Shown piece after piece: positions 62,897-64,000 of a stretch of DNA of 64,000 nucleotides. The stretch is taken from contig CAVXMZ010000010.1 in the NCBI GenBank assembly GCA_963763145.1, positions 22,141 to 86,140 of the forward strand, given 5' to 3'. Both the position numbers and the translations under genes were made by a program. The notes beneath the pieces are model-generated. The model was not told the DNA's origin. It saw nothing but the letters and a program-made list of their open reading frames with translations, and made no database searches. The DNA comes from an uncultured Acidobacteriaceae bacterium. GTDB taxonomy: Bacteria; Acidobacteriota; Terriglobia; Terriglobales; Acidobacteriaceae. Positions within the stretch are counted from its first letter, which is position 1. Each line of letters starts with the position of its first letter.

Positions 62897-63862
62897 ATGA
62901 CCCCACACTCCTCCCCTACTGCATTCCTCTTTCCCGGACAAGGCTCACAGTCAGTTGGCATGGGGAAGGAACTCGCCGCCATGTATCCGGTGGCGCGTGA
63001 GACTTTCGACGAGGCCGATGGCGCGCTCGGTTACAAACTCTCGCAACTGTGCTTCGAAGGGCCGGAAGATCAACTGAAGTTGACGGAGATCACGCAGCCG
63101 GCGATTCTTACCGTCTCCGTCGCGGCCTGGCGCGTATTGCAGTCCAAGGGCATCACCCCGGCCTATGTTGCGGGGCACAGCCTGGGGGAGTATTCCGCGC
63201 ACGTGGCGGCGGGAACGCTGGCGTTTGCCGATGCAGTGCGGACGGTCCGCAATCGCGGTAAATATATGCAGGAGGCGGTGCCGGTTGGCGTGGGCGCGAT
63301 GGCTGCAGTCCTGGCTCTGGCCGCGGACAAGCTACAGCAAGTGTGCGAAGCGGCCGCCCAGGGAGAGATTTGTTGCGCAGCCAATTTGAACTCGCCGGAC
63401 CAGGTAGTGATCTCCGGCAGCAAGGCCGCGATAGAGCGCGCCGCCGAGTTGGCCAAAAAGAGCGGCGCGAAGAGAGCCATCATCCTGCCGGTAAGCGCAC
63501 CCTTCCATTGCCCACTGATGCAGCCCGCGCAGGACCGTTTGGCAGCCGACCTGGCGGCCCTGACCTTCCACGCACCAGAAATTCCCGTGATGTGCAACGT
63601 GGATGCGGCGCTGATCACCACCGCTGAGCATGCCAGAGACGCGCTTATTCGCCAGGTAACGGGCGCGGTGCAATGGGACAAGGCGATGCGAGGGCTGATT
63701 GGGATGGGAGTGCAGACGGTGGTCGAAGTCGGTCCGGGAAAGGTGCTGTGCGGGCTGATGAAACAGATTGATCGATCGCGAGCTTGCTTCAATGCAGAAG
63801 ACGAATCGTCGGTGCAGAAGACGGTGACGCATTTCAGTTCGGCGTCGCCGAAACCGGATTAG
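62897..63862 (+). CDS. fabD: Malonyl-CoA:ACP transacylase FabD
   Basis: FLFPGQGSQSVGMG, AGHSLGEYSA (active-site GHSLG), and SAPFHCPLM. Confidence 0.93.
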   Translation: MTPHSSPTAFLFPGQGSQSVGMGKELAAMYPVARETFDEADGALGYKLSQLCFEGPEDQLKLTEITQPAILTVSVAAWRVLQSKGITPAYVAGHSLGEYSAHVAAGTLAFADAVRTVRNRGKYMQEAVPVGVGAMAAVLALAADKLQQVCEAAAQGEICCAANLNSPDQVVISGSKAAIERAAELAKKSGAKRAIILPVSAPFHCPLMQPAQDRLAADLAALTFHAPEIPVMCNVDAALITTAEHARDALIRQVTGAVQWDKAMRGLIGMGVQTVVEVGPGKVLCGLMKQIDRSRACFNAEDESSVQKTVTHFSSASPKPD

Positions 63863-64000
63863 CTGGGGCATTCGGCAGAAACAAGCCAGGGCGATGTCCC
63901 TCTGCAATTAGTCGCATCGGTATTGCGGCCTTTCGGACAGCCTGAAGAGTCTGAGTGAGAACCCGGTACCGTCCTTTACAGGACTCCGGTGCTTTTTCCA

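Noticed and set aside
1-64000. Scan for CRISPR arrays, IS elements/transposases, integrases, phage genes, toxin-antitoxin pairs and rRNA/tRNA genes.
   Set aside because: I found none by eye. There are no regularly spaced direct repeats, no transposase, integrase or phage-like ORFs in the track, and no tRNA cloverleaf candidates in the intergenic regions.

Overview
This 64-kb window is high-GC, gene-dense chromosomal DNA. The gene content looks Acidobacteriota-like (inference): CarboxypepD_reg/TonB-dependent-receptor-like outer membrane protein, GloVer-repeat protein, Ser/Thr kinases with TPR tails. I saw no rRNA, tRNA, CRISPR array, IS element or prophage.

Contents from left to right:
- Two head-to-head Hanks-type Ser/Thr kinases. 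The first runs off the left edge, is missing from the ORF track, and carries a tandemly duplicated ~430-aa sensor module.
- A translationally coupled pair of secreted proteins of unknown function.
- A PHA (polyhydroxyalkanoate) locus: SDR, phaR, phasin, phaE, phaC.
- Converging on phaC, a large N-domain/KASIII/ketoreductase fusion gene and a transcarboxylase-type operon (5S-like, 12S, small OadG-like peptide, 1.3S-like biotin carrier).
- Acyl-CoA synthetase and enoyl-CoA hydratase.
- A compact hisI-G-D-C-B-H-F-A operon, preceded by a His-rich leader peptide and a terminator/antiterminator.
- Housekeeping and envelope genes: murA, bfr, dacB, folP, an aldo/keto reductase, and an ABC ATPase plus ABC-2 permease::M1 peptidase fusion.
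- A lower-GC three-gene polysaccharide-type island.
- yceD-rpmF-plsX-[antisense TMTC-like GT-C gene]-fabD.

The most interesting candidates are:
1. A possible thiolase-independent, malonyl-CoA-driven PHA monomer supply module (transcarboxylase plus KASIII-KR fusion next to phaEC).
2. The his leader-peptide attenuator.

All functional calls rest on motif recognition by eye. No database search was run. Start codons were chosen from RBS and overlap context.
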